In this document: positions 37,465 to 50,875 of the stretch, in pieces | How positions within the stretch are numbered: position 1 is the first letter of the stretch | Layout of the letters: each line of letters begins with the position of its first letter | Source of the DNA: Octopus bimaculoides | Lineage: Eukaryota | DNA: 64,000 nt | NCBI RefSeq assembly: GCF_001194135.2 | Contig: NC_068989.1 | Location: forward strand, 39,368,642 to 39,432,641 | Direction of reading: 5' to 3' | The notes under the pieces: model-generated | Databases searched by the model: none | Seen by the model: only the letters and a program-made list of their open reading frames with translations | Told to the model about the DNA's origin: nothing | Position numbers and translations under genes: made by a program

Positions 37465-40400
37465 CTGGAATAAAAACAAAAAATAAAGAAATTCAGAAAT
37501 GTATTTCACTAAACTACACTAGTATTGCACTGTCTTCACTGACAGATTATAAAAGATGAACAACACCAAGACCAGAGAAAATAGTTTTGTAGTTATGCTA
37601 AAACTGAGTTATTTCATTCCATGAGCAAACTCTTCATTTCACTTTGCTCTGTGGCCACTTTGACTTTTGACACACAGCTCATTGCATACCTCTGCAGGCA
37701 ATGTCGATTTGATAGAGAGCCCAAGCTCATGTACAATACAAACATTTGATCGTTATATGCAAATATCTGTGCAGATCGTTCAATAAAAAAATTGAGAGAC
37801 TGCTAGCAATTGTTCCTAAGTATTGTAGTAAGAATATTTGACAAAAAAGACATTGTTGAAGGTAGAGATGAGACAAAATCAACAAAATTATCACCAACAC
37901 TTGAAATGAATCCTTTTTTGTAAAAATGCATAGTAGAGATATATAAGAAGAGTGCTTGTGGACAAAGTATCGGTAAGTACATTGGTAAGTTGTGGGATAA
38001 GAATAATTCAAAGTATAATGAAGCACATAGGTGACTTGTAGGATGAGACCAGTTAAGACAAAGTATGTTGGAGTACACTAGAAAGTTGTGAGATAAAAGG
38101 AGTTTAGACAAGATATACTAGAGTAAATTTGTGAGTGGTGGAATGAGAGAAAATATGGTGGAATACGTTGAGGTTCTGAGCAATGAGAGTAGATTAGACA
38201 TAGTAGGTGGAGTAAATTGAGGAATTCTGACTTAATAGGGAGAAAATATTTGAAACGTGATTCTTCAACATGAATAGAAAAGACGTTTGATATGTTGAAC
38301 AATTCATAAAAATTACATCTAAGGAAATAAAGCTATCATGTGATTTGTAGGAGTAAGGGTTTCCTACAAGCAAAGGTAAACATGAAGCAAAGTAACCATG
38401 GTAACATATTTATCTAATGCAATAGTGTTTTGCATACAGTAAGTAGGAAAATTTCTTTTGATGGAATTCTATCTATGGCTACTTAAAGTCTAATAACATC
38501 AAGAATATCAGTGAACCCAGAGTTTTGGAAGAGAAAAACAATGCAGTTAGGAATGGATATTGGTTTTTAAAGTCAACTGGTGAAAGAAATAGACATGTAC
38601 CAGTCTTGTTGAATCTCTACAGCAAAGTATATCACCTCAGCTGGCAAGATTTAGAATATATGGCTGTGTGGTTAAGAAGTTTACTTCTCAATCACAAAGC
38701 TTTAGGTTCAGTCCCACTGCATGGCATCTTGGGCAGATGTTTTCCACATTGGGAGTGGATTTGGTTGATGGAAACTGAAACAAGCCCATCATATATGTGT
38801 GTGTGTCCTGGTCTTCACATCACATTATAGTTATAAATGAATGTCACGGTCATAAAAGTTGTTTTGCTCAGTTCCAGTCTTTCAGGAAAACATCTGACCA
38901 GGGAGAACTATTACTTTTCAAATCAAGGATTAACAATGTGAAGGCAAACTGCCATAGAAAATCTGTTCCAACAAATTCCATCTAACCTATGCAAGCATGA
39001 AACAAGGAATGTTACCCCATCTCACAGACACAACTGCGACCTTTACCCACCTACTCTCTCTTTTTCTCCTGTACTTACTCACTTTTACTGACCTTGTATT
39101 TTGAGGGTCCACTCTGATAGACCAACATTACTATTTTATCCCTTTCCTGCTCGACACCATTTACTCCCTTCCATTTTTCTACAATGTGAGTAAATACGTA
39201 GCTTCTCTCCAGCAAGAAACCTGTTCACTTTTGTTCTCTCAAACTCTAACCTCTCATCTCCAAGCATAAATCAGCCTCCCTCTCTCTGTATTATAGCTCC
39301 TCTCATTTGAAGTGGGTCTTAGCCTTGTAAGCTATATGGTGACCTCACTAATGCTGGTGTCATAAAAAGACCCCCAACACACTCTAAAGTGGTTGGTGTT
39401 AGGAAAGGCATGCTGTTACAGAAACCATGCTGAAATGGCCATAGGAGCATGATGCAGTTTTCAGACTTGGATCTTACCAGACTATCGAATCCATACCAAC
39501 ATAGACCATGGACATTAGATGATGATGATCATGTGTGTGTGTGTGTGAACATATATGAGAGAGTTGGAGAATGTAGTGTTGCTGATTATAAATATAAACA
39601 ATAAAGCTTTGTAAAAATACTCCAAAGGTGTGTTCTGTATGCTAAGCACCCAATCAATGTTGAATATCATGTATTTAATATAGTGAATTAAAAGTTTCTG
39701 ATACACAAAGATTATCCTTGTAATTTGAAAACAGAAATTAGAGTTATCTTACTTTGTTGTTTTAAGATTTTGAACTCTAAAATGAGTTTTTAACTTTTAA
39801 CTGAAGGCATAATCTCAGTTAATGGAAGATTTTCAAATCATTATATTTCATATGTGACCCCCAATTGTCCTGGTTGCTACCAAATCTTATGATATAGGTA
39901 TAATAATGTGTATTATTGGCTAGTTTTAATGATGACATAACATATTTTGTTAAATGTCTTAAATTCTTATGTTTGCAAAAAAAATAGAAAAATAAAGTAC
40001 TCAAGAGAATTGAAATTTTAATACAAAATAGTATTTAAAGTATAGGGCAGAGTAATAATAAGAAGAGAAAGAGCTGCAGGTGCTTGGGTAGACATGACTA
40101 GAGATAGTAGATGGTTTGTTTATTCTGAGGGGCCTTATTGGAGTAGCAATATACAGAAGGTATAGTAGCATTTTGTCCATCCTTATGTGTTGAGTTCAAA
40201 TTCTGCCAAGGTCATCTTTGCCTTTTGGAGCCAAAAAAATCAAGTACCTGTTGAGCACTAGGATCAATGTAATTGAATTAACCCCTTCCTGAAATTGCTG
40301 GCCTTGTGCCAAAATTTGAAACCAGTATAATAGACAGAGGAAATGGTATGTTTAAGGATCAGTGTCATTGACTAGTGAAGAACAGATCACTGTCAATTGG

Positions 40401-40499
40401 CCAAATATATTTTCTTTTACAGTCTATATGATGTTTTTGTGTGTAGCAGTATTCCAACATGTACTCTGTATATCATAGTGTTTCTTGAAATTTGTACTA

Positions 40500-41650
40500 G
40501 AACAGAAATGGTAAGTAACTACTAGAAATCAGAATGGAAGTATTTTGTAAATGCAAAGAGCAAGTTGTATATGTGACATCAGTCCACAACAATCAGAGGT
40601 TGTACATTAATGTTTATGGCGAGAAATTCTTTTGTAGCAGCAATAACTTTGAGTGTATCAGTTATGAGTTTTTCTTGCATACAGATGATACAAGGTTTCA
40701 AAACAGTTCTCTCCATATATGTAGCAAGTGTCTTGATTCTGTTGGAAGAGACTAAGCTGTCATGTCTCCATTGAAAAGTATGTTGATGGTCTCAATCATT
40801 GAATCAATGAAAGTCTTCTAGCAGTGTCTGGGGTGTATGCATAGAGAATATTAAGCATAATGTAGAGTCAATAACAAAGATTAGCATGATAAGAAAAGCT
40901 AACACTTTATTATCAATGTATAAAAGATAAAGTGAAGGGAACATAACACAACCCTTAGTTACACCAGAAGGGAAACAATGGGATAGCACATTACAGTAAG
41001 GGTTCTGAGAGAGAAATATTGAATCTAGAGATGGAATCCTAGTTAAGAAATTTAGCTAGATGTCTCATGCTAAATACAACAAACTGAATAAATATAATGA
41101 AAGATAAGATTAATTTTGTTGAGGCTTTCAACTGTGAAAACTTCTGGTGAGTGATGTAGGAGGCAAGACATATTTATGTGCTGTATAGTTTGTGTTTATC
41201 ATCCAACTACTTGACAACAGGTGTTGGTAGTCAGGAAAAAAGAAAGATGATGAAAAAGATGATTGATAATGACTGTCTTTATCTCTGTGGAGCTGTTAGA
41301 AGAGAGAGTGGTAAGTTGGCAGTTAGAACAGGCTGCCTGTGGTAGGCATAGGTACCAGTGGTGGGGAAATATTGTAAGGTTTTTAAAGCTAATCTTACTA
41401 CATATTTGAAGGTGAAAACACACATTACCTTACTGGGTTGAAGTTTTCATGTTCTGATATTTTATAACTGTGTATATAGGACTGAATAGGATTCAGAGTG
41501 TAGTTTTCTTAGCAATATTCAAGGTCAATTTAGAAGTTAAAGTGGTTAACAAATTTAATGAGTTTATTTGCAGAGATCTTACTTACAGATACATTTCAGT
41601 GGAAAAATTATGAATAAGAGGATTGTGTAGATCAGAGAACTCAGCTGCAG
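40500..41650 (-). mobile_element. Old decayed LINE (CR1/L2-like RT) fragment; boundaries approximate
   Basis: ORF 40804-40989 has FPSGVTKGCVMFPSLYLLYIDN, resembling RT motif SGVPQGSVL.P.LFLLYIND. Confidence 0.55.
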
Positions 41651-42326
41651 TTTGGGAGGTGAGAGAACTTGCAGAATGGACATTGGAAAAAAAAAAGCTA
41701 TTCTTTACCCATCACTGAAATATTTTGATGACTGCCAAGAAAATAAAGTTTTCCCAATTGGTAAAGATGGGTGACTTCTTCAAGATCTACTTTAGACAGT
41801 ATCATAGCTATTTTCAAGTACAACTAAATAATATTAGTAATAGTTGTAGGAGCAGTAATAGTAGCAACAGTAGTAGTTGTAGTAGCAGTAGTTGCAAAAG
41901 CATCAGCCTGGTGGCATTCATAATGTTAGTAGTTGTTTCTGACATGATGGTATTGGAAGTGAGAATTAGAGAATTAGATTTTTCAAAATACTAAAATACC
42001 AATTACACAGACTGAGAGAAATCTGAAAGTTTGTTTGATATTACAAAGTGGTTATCTAACCAGCAGCTGTCACAGTACTTTATCACATTACACAGATAAT
42101 AGACCACATCACAAGAAGCAAAAGTAAAATGTCATCTAATTCTTTCATCTTAAAAGATTTTCTTTAAAATTTAAAGTCATGTGTATATGGTTTGCAAGAT
42201 TTTTTGATGTGAAATAGTGTTAAAACAGATTTTGTTCTTTTTTGAGATAGTCATTGTACCCAATAAATAAACACATACACTCATTATCACCCTGTATCTC
42301 TTTCCTCCACACATATTCTCACTTAC

Positions 42327-42375
42327 ATCCCCAGTTAATGGCAAAAGAAAGTGTACGAGGAATGCTGAAAAGCTC
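42327..42375 (-). CDS. Candidate penultimate exon (49 nt) of the unidentified minus-strand gene
   Basis: Acceptor tgtattttcttttgccccaaaccag, donor AT|gtaagt. Peptide ELFSIPRTLSFAINWG+T joins 37464 in frame (T|AT = Tyr). Confidence 0.5.
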
Positions 42376-42401
42376 CTGGTTTGGGGCAAAAGAAAATACA
42401 A

Positions 42402-42570
42402 GAGGATCAGTTAATTATGATTTTATTCAACATATGCCTCTCTCAGAGTCACACACTTATTACAGCTATCCTTCAGTTTTTCTAAGCCCTGTAAAAGGAC
42501 TGGGAAGGTTAGGTCTTCCAACCAGGCATTTCACAATACCCTTAAAGCCAAAAACTTTTCAGCACCCCTA
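42402..42570 (-). mobile_element. Mariner-derived short fragment
   Basis: Minus strand ggggtgctgaaaagtttttggctttaagg…ttttacagggcttagaaaaactgaagg…atatgttgaataa resembles a mariner TIR plus transposase C-terminal end. Confidence 0.6.
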
Positions 42571-43028
42571 TCATATATACTGGGACTATATAGTGTACAT
42601 TGCTTGGTATTCCATAAACACTAGCACTATTAACTCTTTTGTTATCATAATTCTGTTGAAGTATGCCGCCTTTGTTTTAATTAAATTTGAAAATAATGAA
42701 TTTAGTATCATAGAACCAGGAACAAGTTCAGCTAACAGAATTGCACATAGTTTCCAACCACTCAGTTTCACTTACGAAACATGGGTTCACTCATTACTCT
42801 GGTGAAAAACACTTGCCAAAGATGCTACACAATGGTATTGAACCTAAACACACTTAATTACAAAATAAAAATCTTAACCAGGACAGCAGGTTTCTCTTTC
42901 TCTCTCTCTCTCTTTCTCTCAGTCACAAATCATATTTACACGTGTGTGTTTGTCAGTTTCTGTCTACACATATAGAGACAAACAGATAGATAGATAGATA
43001 GATAAGCTAGAGAGATAAATAGACTGAT

Positions 43029-43059
<31 letters not shown>

Positions 43060-43128
43060 CAATTTCTTTCTTTGAAGGAATTAAAAACAAAAATGTAACA
43101 AAAATTTTAACAAACAAAAAAAAAAGAG

Positions 43129-44051
43129 AAATTCATTAGCTTCTTAAAGAAAACAATAAAACCAAAAAAATCCTAACAGAATCAAAAGCCAACAATAGAA
43201 GATTTGTTTAAAGAATTCACCAGTTAGAAATAAAGCTTCCTTATTTTTCTGTTTCAGTTCCACAGTTTTGTATTGTCTTCCCTCCTCCATCTCTTTTTTA
43301 AATTTTTTATTTTTTATTTTGTCTCTTCTAAGAAAAGTATCTTTTCTGAAATCAAGACTCATACAAAAAAAAAACAAAAAAAATAAAAATGGAAAAGAAA
43401 ACAATCAAGCACACAAGAACCTGTTTATTGTCTAACATTTAATTAGATTCTACTTTTCAGATTACTTTCTGATGGAAAGCAAAAAGGTGCTACAGCTAAA
43501 AAGTCTAAAGTATTTAACCATCATTTCTCAAGGATTAGGTTTGATTCCTACCAGCTTCTTTGTGTGGATTTGTAATACAAGTACAAGGCTACAAATTTTG
43601 GAAGATTGAACAGACCTCATTTGATATAGCTTGGTGTCAGTATAATAGCAGTGGTCACAAAAGTGTACACTGCATTGAGCAATAAACGCAGAAATGACTA
43701 GAATCTTTGGTCTGGGTATTCACACCAAGCAATCTGTTTAAAAGTCTTTCTTAGTTTTGGTTTCTGTCCCCATAGGTAAGAATGCTCTCTACACAAGCCC
43801 TGAAGATGGTCAGCCTTGCTGATTTAAAAATATTTGATTTCCATATCATAATTTTCAGACTTCTACAGCCTAATTAAAATACAAATATCATCCAAATATC
43901 ACCCAAATTCATTAGCTTCTTAAAGAAAGCAATAAAACCAAAAAATTCCCAACAGAATCAAAAGCCAACAATAGAAGATTTGTTTAAAGAATTCACCAGT
44001 TAGAAATAAAGCTTCCTTACTTTTCTATTTCAGTTCCACAGTTTTGTATTG
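43129..44051. repeat. 147-bp local direct duplication (43129-43275 and 43905-44051)
   Basis: Two ungapped copies of aaattcattagcttcttaaagaaa…cagttccacagttttgtattg with a few substitutions. Confidence 0.92.
43600..43830 (-). mobile_element. RTE-like LINE fragment between the duplicated 147-mers
   Basis: Minus frame RLTIFRACVESILTYG resembles the LINE motif K.RLFRACVESILLYGSETW. Confidence 0.6.
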
Positions 44052-44209
44052 GTATGCTAGTATGCTGTAGTGAAATGTATTTTTTGTTGTGACAGCTTGA
44101 AAAAGGAAGAAGAAATTGCTTCAGTTATTAAATGATGCGTTATTAAAGTGCAGGTTAACACCTTAATGTGAGAAAGCTAATTTGACTTCAGTGGGATTGT
44201 GTCGTCATG

Positions 44210-44578
44210 CCACTCTGTCAGTTATAACGACGAGGGTTCCAGTTGATCCAATCAATGGAACAGCCTGCTCATGAAATTAATGTGTAAGTGGCTGAGGACT
44301 CCACAGACATGTCCCCTTATTGTAGTTCTTGGGGAGATTCAGCGTGACAGTGTATGACAAGGCTGGCCCTTTGAAATACAGGTACAACAGAAGCAGGAAA
44401 AAAGAGAGAAAGTTGTAGTGAAAGAGTACAGCAAGGTTCGTCACCACCCTCTGCCAGAGCCTCTTGGAGTTTTAGGAGTTTTTGCTCAATAAACCCTGAC
44501 AACACCCGGTCTGGGAATCAAAACTGCGATCCCAAGACCACAAGTCTGCTGCCCTAGCCACTGAGCCATTGCACCTCC
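44210..44578 (-). mobile_element. SINE family 4 copy
   Basis: Homologous to 27955-28278; tRNA-like head at the 44500-44578 end. Confidence 0.75.
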
Positions 44579-45511
44579 AGGATTACGTAGCAAACTTTTT
44601 ATACAATGGTATAATGGTGTCAATAGCAGACTGTTAATGCAAGGGAGATAACTATTTCTTCATAATATTTGATGGGATTAGAAGCTTGAATTTGAAATTA
44701 AGGAATAAGGAAAAAAATGCATAAAATATATACATTTATTTATTATCATGTTTACTTATTACAAATTCTTAAAATCACTAGCCAATGGTAATCTTGCATA
44801 GCAGTTTCATTCCTGTTTCATTCATCAGAATGACAAATTGAGGTATATGAAATATTTCATGAAGCAAAACATTTCTTATTGATGGAAAATAATGACAGTA
44901 TGGAAGAAATTCATGAAATTTATGTTTTTATGTTTTTCTCTTTAGACAGATCGACTATTAATAGTTTTTACATACATCTGACTAAATACTAATGAAAAAC
45001 AATAGAGATGAAGTTTATCTACATTTTTGTCTAATATGTGTAAAAATTAATAACCTAATGGAACCACTTTACAGTAAGAAATAGCAGCAAGTCTCCCTTA
45101 GTCATACTTTACAATCTTAAAATGAAACGTCATTGAATAAGGTAGGCACTGATATACATATAAAAACATTGGTTGGTCATGGGTGGAATGGCATTGAGCA
45201 TAGGTCTTCTTGAACAAGCTTGACAATGGACATAAAGAACACCACCATAAAGGGGTATAATTCAAATAAAGTCTTCATTTACTGAACACAAAAAGGTCAG
45301 ATTAATATCCATTCTGTTTTTGCAAACCCCCAAAGTTTGATACAAGAAACTCTTGTACTGTACATATTTCTACATGCTGTTAGCTTAATTTTGAAATATA
45401 AGATATCTTCATAAATCTTTGATCAATGTTTGCATTCTGTTTACAAATAACACACACACACACACACATTCAAATATACATATACATACATACACACATA
45501 CATACGTACAT

Positions 45512-47740
45512 GATGGCCATCCACTCATTACCGAGGAAGAGCATTGCTGACCTTCAAGAACATTGTGCGCTTTAGGACTAACTTATATTTTGCATTTGCA
45601 GTTCTGTTGGTATCTAATGAGCCCTGCTCTTGACAAGCATACACGACTGCAAACATTGCAAACAAAGCTTTTGCCATTCACTACACCAGCAGTGTGCTTT
45701 AGAGTAGCATGCTTAAGTTCTTCATGCAGAATACGTGCTCTCTCAAAGGTGTTGACCCCCTCCTTAACCTGCTTCCTCCATCTGCAGCGATGACAGACAT
45801 TGCTCTCCCAGTCAGTCACCAGCCTTTAATGAGGACTTGACACAGTCCTTAAATCACAGCCTTGATTTCTGCTGGGGTCTCTTTCCATTAACAAGTTCCC
45901 CATATAGCATCTACTTCGGGATCCTGCTATTCTTCTTTCTAATATGGTGCCCAGTCAAATGTAACCAGTGCATGTGCACCATCACCTCAATACTCAAGAT
46001 ATCAGTTGTCCTCAGGACTTATATGTCTGGAGTTTCTAAGCTCCAGCCAACATTCAGAATGTGTCTGAGACATCTTTGATGAAAGTGTTCAAGGACCCTT
46101 ATATGACGTTTGTAAAGGGTCCATGTCTCACATGAGTAAAGGAGCGATGTCAGCACACATACACAGTACACTGAATTTTGTTTACTTTGTGATGCCATGC
46201 TGGGACCAGACACGAGACTGAAGAGACTGGAAAGAATCAGTTGCTCTCTGCGACCTGAAAGATATTTCATCATCCAGAGAGCAAGAACGGCTGAGTGTGC
46301 TGCCCAGGTAGACAAACTTGTCTACCACTTTCAGAATTGTTCCTTCAACCAAGATAACTGGTTCCACATATGGATTTCCTGGTGCAGGCTGGAACATTAC
46401 AACAGTCTTGTCCAGGTTAATGCTGAGTCCAAATGCCTTGTAAGAAGCAGAAATACAATTCTTAAATATTTGCATGTCATCCACTGTATGAGTGACTAAA
46501 TCACAGTCAACTGCATAAAGGAGGTCATGAATAAGAGACTGGAAAACTCTTGAATTAGCAGCAAATCGGTGCAGTTTAAAGGGGTATCCAGATGCTCGAT
46601 ACCTGACATATATTCCCAGAGAGCTAACCTTAGTGAAAGCATGAGTAAAAGCAGCAGCAAAGTACAAAGAAAAGAGTGTTGGGGCAAGGATGTCACCCTG
46701 CTCTTGACACTAGTCTCTACAGGAATGGGTCCCACCATGCTACCAACATTGACCCAAGCTTCCATCCCATCATGAAATGATTTAATTATAGATACAAAGT
46801 GATCCGGACATCCAAGTTTGCCAAGTATTTTCCATAGTAAGGCCCTATACACAGTATCAAATGCCTTCATTAAATCAATGAATACTTGGACAATATCCAT
46901 ATTCTGCTCATAGCACTTCTCCTGCATCTGTCTTGCTGTGAAAATCATATCCATTGTCCCTCTACCAGATCGGAAGCCACATTGAGATTCAGATAGGACA
47001 TCATTTACGAGACACCCATTCAGACGGGTAAGAAGAATATTTGCTAGAACCTTGCCAGCAGCTGATAATAGAGCAATACTTCTGTAGTTACCACACATTG
47101 TTCTGGCTCCTTTTCCTTTATATAGAGGAAGAATAATTGCATCCTTCCAGTGCTTAAGCATTGCACCATCCCTCCAGACTGCTTTTAATAAGTTCATGAA
47201 GGGAGTGTATGATGTAATCACCATCAAATCGCAAGACCTCAGCACAAATTCCATCCCTTCCAGGTGCCCTACGAAGATTCAATTTACTTATTGATGTCAT
47301 TATCACATCTATTGAGGGCATGGAATTTAAGGAGCCAATAATAGAGCTTTGTTGCATAGTATCAATCACTGTTTCATCCACAACTGACTCATAGTTCAGG
47401 AGTTCAGAGAAGTGTTCAATCCAGCAACCTGTGATTTCTGTTGATATAGTTAATGGAGTAGAAAGACTCCTTGGAAAGCAAAGGAGCTGATGCAGAGTTC
47501 TTAGGCCCATAAACTTGCTTCATCAGATGGTAAAGCTTCTTATTGTCACTTGCATCAGCAGCAGCCTGAACATCACGTGGAAGATCCTCCTACCAAGTGT
47601 TCTGCATCTTCCTGAGAGATTGCTGAGATTTTATACCGCTACTGTGGGCAAGTGCTAGATTTCGCTGCACAGCTGAAAGTTCTCTGTGCAGCAATACATT
47701 GTGGGCATGGCCCTTTGCAGCCAGTAGTTACTGAACTTCT
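45512..47740 (-). mobile_element. RTE-clade LINE, 5'-truncated and frameshifted (RT domain, C-terminal Zn-finger-like motif, 3' end)
   Basis: CGNYRSIALLSAAGKVLANILL…SESQCGFRSGRGTMDMIF…VFIDLMKAFDTV; LLYAVDC; FVYLGSTLS; LLYSCETW; FVCNVCSRVCLSRAGL. Confidence 0.93.
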
Positions 47741-47762
47741 TCATACATACACACACATATAT

Positions 47763-47794
<32 letters not shown>

Positions 47795-47831
47795 TTAATA
47801 ACCATTGTCCATTCTGGCATGGGTATTGTTG

Positions 47832-48039
47832 CTAAGTGTGACTAAGGATGCCAAAGTGCCTACATTGCTAGAAATAAGAGTTAAAATTCTCTTAATGGTG
47901 TAGCATGGGCACAAAATGTATATGCACATGTTGACAGGGGAGGCAACTGCCCCATGACCATGCCTCCCATCAGCATTAAGAGTGTTTTAACTTTTATTCC
48001 TGGCAATGTAAGTGCTTCAGCATCCTTAGTCACACTTAG
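47832..48039. mobile_element. MITE, ~208 bp with ~69-bp imperfect TIRs
   Basis: ctaagtgtgactaaggatgcc…ctcttaatggtg (47832-47900) versus cagcattaagag…gcatccttagtcacacttag (47971-48039). Confidence 0.8.
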
Positions 48040-48223
48040 GGATGATTGAATTTTTTCTATATGGTATCACATTTCATCTGGCTGTTTATATTTATAAAAT
48101 ACATCAAGTTCAAGACATCACCAATGAGTGAAAATTTTGTAGACACATGAACAATAAGTACAGGACGAATTACCAAAATTTGGTAATTTGGTAATTTACA
48201 GAGATTTTGTACACTGTAATGAA

Positions 48224-49190
48224 GATAAACTGACAATATATAAGCAAAAAATACATATACACACTGATGAAATTTTGCGTACAGATACTAATACATACAT
48301 GCACTTCCTGCATATACATTACATCTAATTACCCATGAAATGTATGCACGGGAAATGCATGTATATATTGGTATCTGTATGCAAAAATTTATCAGTGTAT
48401 ATATGTATGTTTTGCTTATATATTGTTGGTTTATCATTACTGAGGAGTACAAAGAAATCTTCATTACAGAGCACTAAAAATTTTAAGATACAGGATTATC
48501 CAAAATTTGTAAATCTTCTTGCTCATTTCCTTGCATTTGGCCTCGGGTTATAAGTAGAGAACAAATTTAGAGTGGATTGTAGGTATTTGACATTTACTTC
48601 TAGCTGACATTCCAGTGCCCCTAATTATGATTATATTTTTATAATTATATACTTAAAAATTAATTTTACTGACATGGTCAATTTTTTATATGCTAGCCAC
48701 TGATGTAATCATGTTAATGATTATATCCTCAATTTATAAGTATAAATAATTTTGAGTTCTCTAGTCATTATATCATGCTACTATATGATTTCTGATGTTA
48801 ACAGCATGGCCAAGATGGGTGACTAGATGTAATGTATAGACAGAAAATGTATGTATGTATTGGTACCTGTATGCAAAAATTTATTGATATGTATATGTAT
48901 TTTTTCTGATATATTATTTGTTTATCTCTACTGAGGAGTGCAAAGTAATTTTCCATTACAGAGCATGAAATCTTAAGATATAGAATTATCCAAAATTTGT
49001 AAATCTTCTTGCTCATTTCCTTGTACTCAGCCTTGGGGTATAAATAGAGAGCAAATTTAAAGTGGACTGTAGGTATTTGACATCTACTTCTAGTGTATAG
49101 GTGTTGACATTCCAGTAACCATACTTATAATTATATTTTTATAATTATATACTTAAAAACTAATTTTACCAATATGGTCATTTTTTTTAT
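48224..49190. repeat. Inverted plus tandem local triplication
   Basis: 48224-48320 is the reverse complement (roughly 85% by eye) of 48339-48435. About 48340-48690 is repeated directly at about 48830-49190. Confidence 0.85.
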
Positions 49191-49196
49191 ACACAT

Positions 49197-49358
49197 GAGT
49201 TAGGTGTAACTGTGTGGTAAGTAGCTTGCTTACAAACCACATGGTTCAGGGTTCAGTCCCACTGTGTGGCACCTTGGGCAAGTGTCTTCTACTATAGCCT
49301 CGGGCTGACCAAAGCCTTGTGAGTAGATTTGGTAGATGAAAACTGAAAGAAGCCCGTC

Positions 49359-49360
<2 letters not shown>
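49197..49360 (+). mobile_element. SINE family 1 head (tail at 51700-51925, separated by the Penelope insertion)
   Basis: Well-preserved head ending gaaactgaaagaagcccgtcg(TA)n. Confidence 0.85.
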
Positions 49361-49405
<45 letters not shown>

Positions 49406-50070
49406 TAATAGTAATCGTTTCTTATTAGGAAACAAATTAGTTTTTTACAGAACTGCAAGGAGAAGTGCACAAGTTAATTAAGACAGGGATGAAAAATTAT
49501 TAGTTACAGAATAAAAGCATTACATTTGGGTCAACGACTCAACATACAACAGTCCCCTCAATAAACGGTCATATATAAGAAATACATCAAAGTCCACAAC
49601 TACATAAGAAAATATATATAAAAAATAAAATAGAACATAAAACACACAATATAAAAATTTATATATTTTTTTTTTTCTACTAACATACAAATAAATCAAA
49701 TTTGAGTTAAAAATATAACACAATATATATATATATATTTTTTTTTTTATAATTTCAATTCAAATAAAATTAAGCGATTAAAAATTCAAAATAGACAAAT
49801 AAAGCAAAATAGAACAAGATAAAATGAGGTAAAATAAAATACTATAATAGTCCATCGGCTAAAATACTATAACTGATGACAAACTTTAAAATGACAAAAA
49901 ACTTTTAAATAATTTAACATCATTTAAAGTTAAATTAGAAAGTCTTGTACTTCCCTCAAGGTACATGTAATAACAGCAGACTTCCAAAGGTAAAATCCGT
50001 CTCTGCTCACCAAATTTACAAAAGTTCATAAAAACAACTGGTCAAAAACATAGGTCAAAACACACACAAG

Positions 50071-50154
50071 CACCTATGGCCATTTCAAGGGTTCGCCACC
50101 AAAGTTCATACACGTCATAGTGCAATCCGGTGATGACCCCCCCTCCTCAGAGTA
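50071..50154 (-). ncRNA. Type I hammerhead ribozyme motif in the inverted pseudo-LTR
   Basis: Minus strand: UACU-CUGAGGA-GGGGGGGUCAUCACC…GGUGGCGAACCCUU-GAAA-UGGCCA-UA^-GGUG. Palindromic stem III AUGGCCAU; weak 4-bp stem I; triplet AUA at plus 50075-50077. Confidence 0.6.
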
Positions 50155-50221
50155 ACAATTACAAACAAACATCAGGACATACAAAAGAAATTATTTTTTT
50201 GTATATGACAGAACCCGTCAA

Positions 50222-50875
50222 GTGGACATAATTGAGGGTTCCTATTCTGGAACGCCAAATTTGGCATCTATTATTGCATCTCTAAATAGAAGCAAGTTGA
50301 ATAAAATAGAGCAATGCAAACGGCCCTGCAATGGAAACCCCAGCTCTGGGAAGATTGGGTACAATACAAATAAGACTAGTGAGACCAGCTCTTCACTCCT
50401 TCCTGCTGTGTCGAACCCTGGTAATGGAAAAAGGAAAAATGCGGATGTGGGAAACCTTCAATTATGTCCTCTTGACAGGTTCTGTCGGAGCACAAATGTA
50501 ATTTATAAATGCGTTGTTAAGGATGAGGACAATTCAAATAAGTTCTATATAGGAAGTACGATAGATTTCAAAGCAAGATATAGAGCACATTTGAGTTCAT
50601 TTTCAAATGAAAAGTATTGCAACTCCACAACTCTCACATCCTATGTACATGACCATAAGAAGAAAAATAAGAAATACTCTCTTGAATAGTTGATTGTATC
50701 GAGAGCCCCTAATTTTAGAGCAAATATTAGCAAATATCTATTATATATTAGGGAATCCCTTGCTATACTTAGGTTGTTTGGGTCGAAAACTTTAAATAAA
50801 TTCATTGAAGTGATCCCTTTTTGCAATCATAGGTTTTCCTCCACTTTCTTGAAGGTATATAGAAAAAAAAAATAG
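50222..50875 (+). pseudogene. PLE GIY-YIG endonuclease domain, disrupted by an in-frame TAG at 50687-50689
   Basis: CPLDRFCRSTNVIYKC…FYIGSTIDFKARYRAHLSSF…LE*LIVSRAP…TLNKFIEVIPFCNHR. The stop sits where a conserved Trp is expected. Confidence 0.85.

Noticed and set aside
37150-37509. 119-aa minus ORF in the provided track
   Set aside because: It starts in intron-like polypyrimidine sequence; a different frame of the same region fits splice phase better and is reported instead.
42254-42805. 183-aa plus-strand ORF
   Set aside because: It is the antisense of a candidate exon, a mariner fragment and a SINE end; not a coherent protein.
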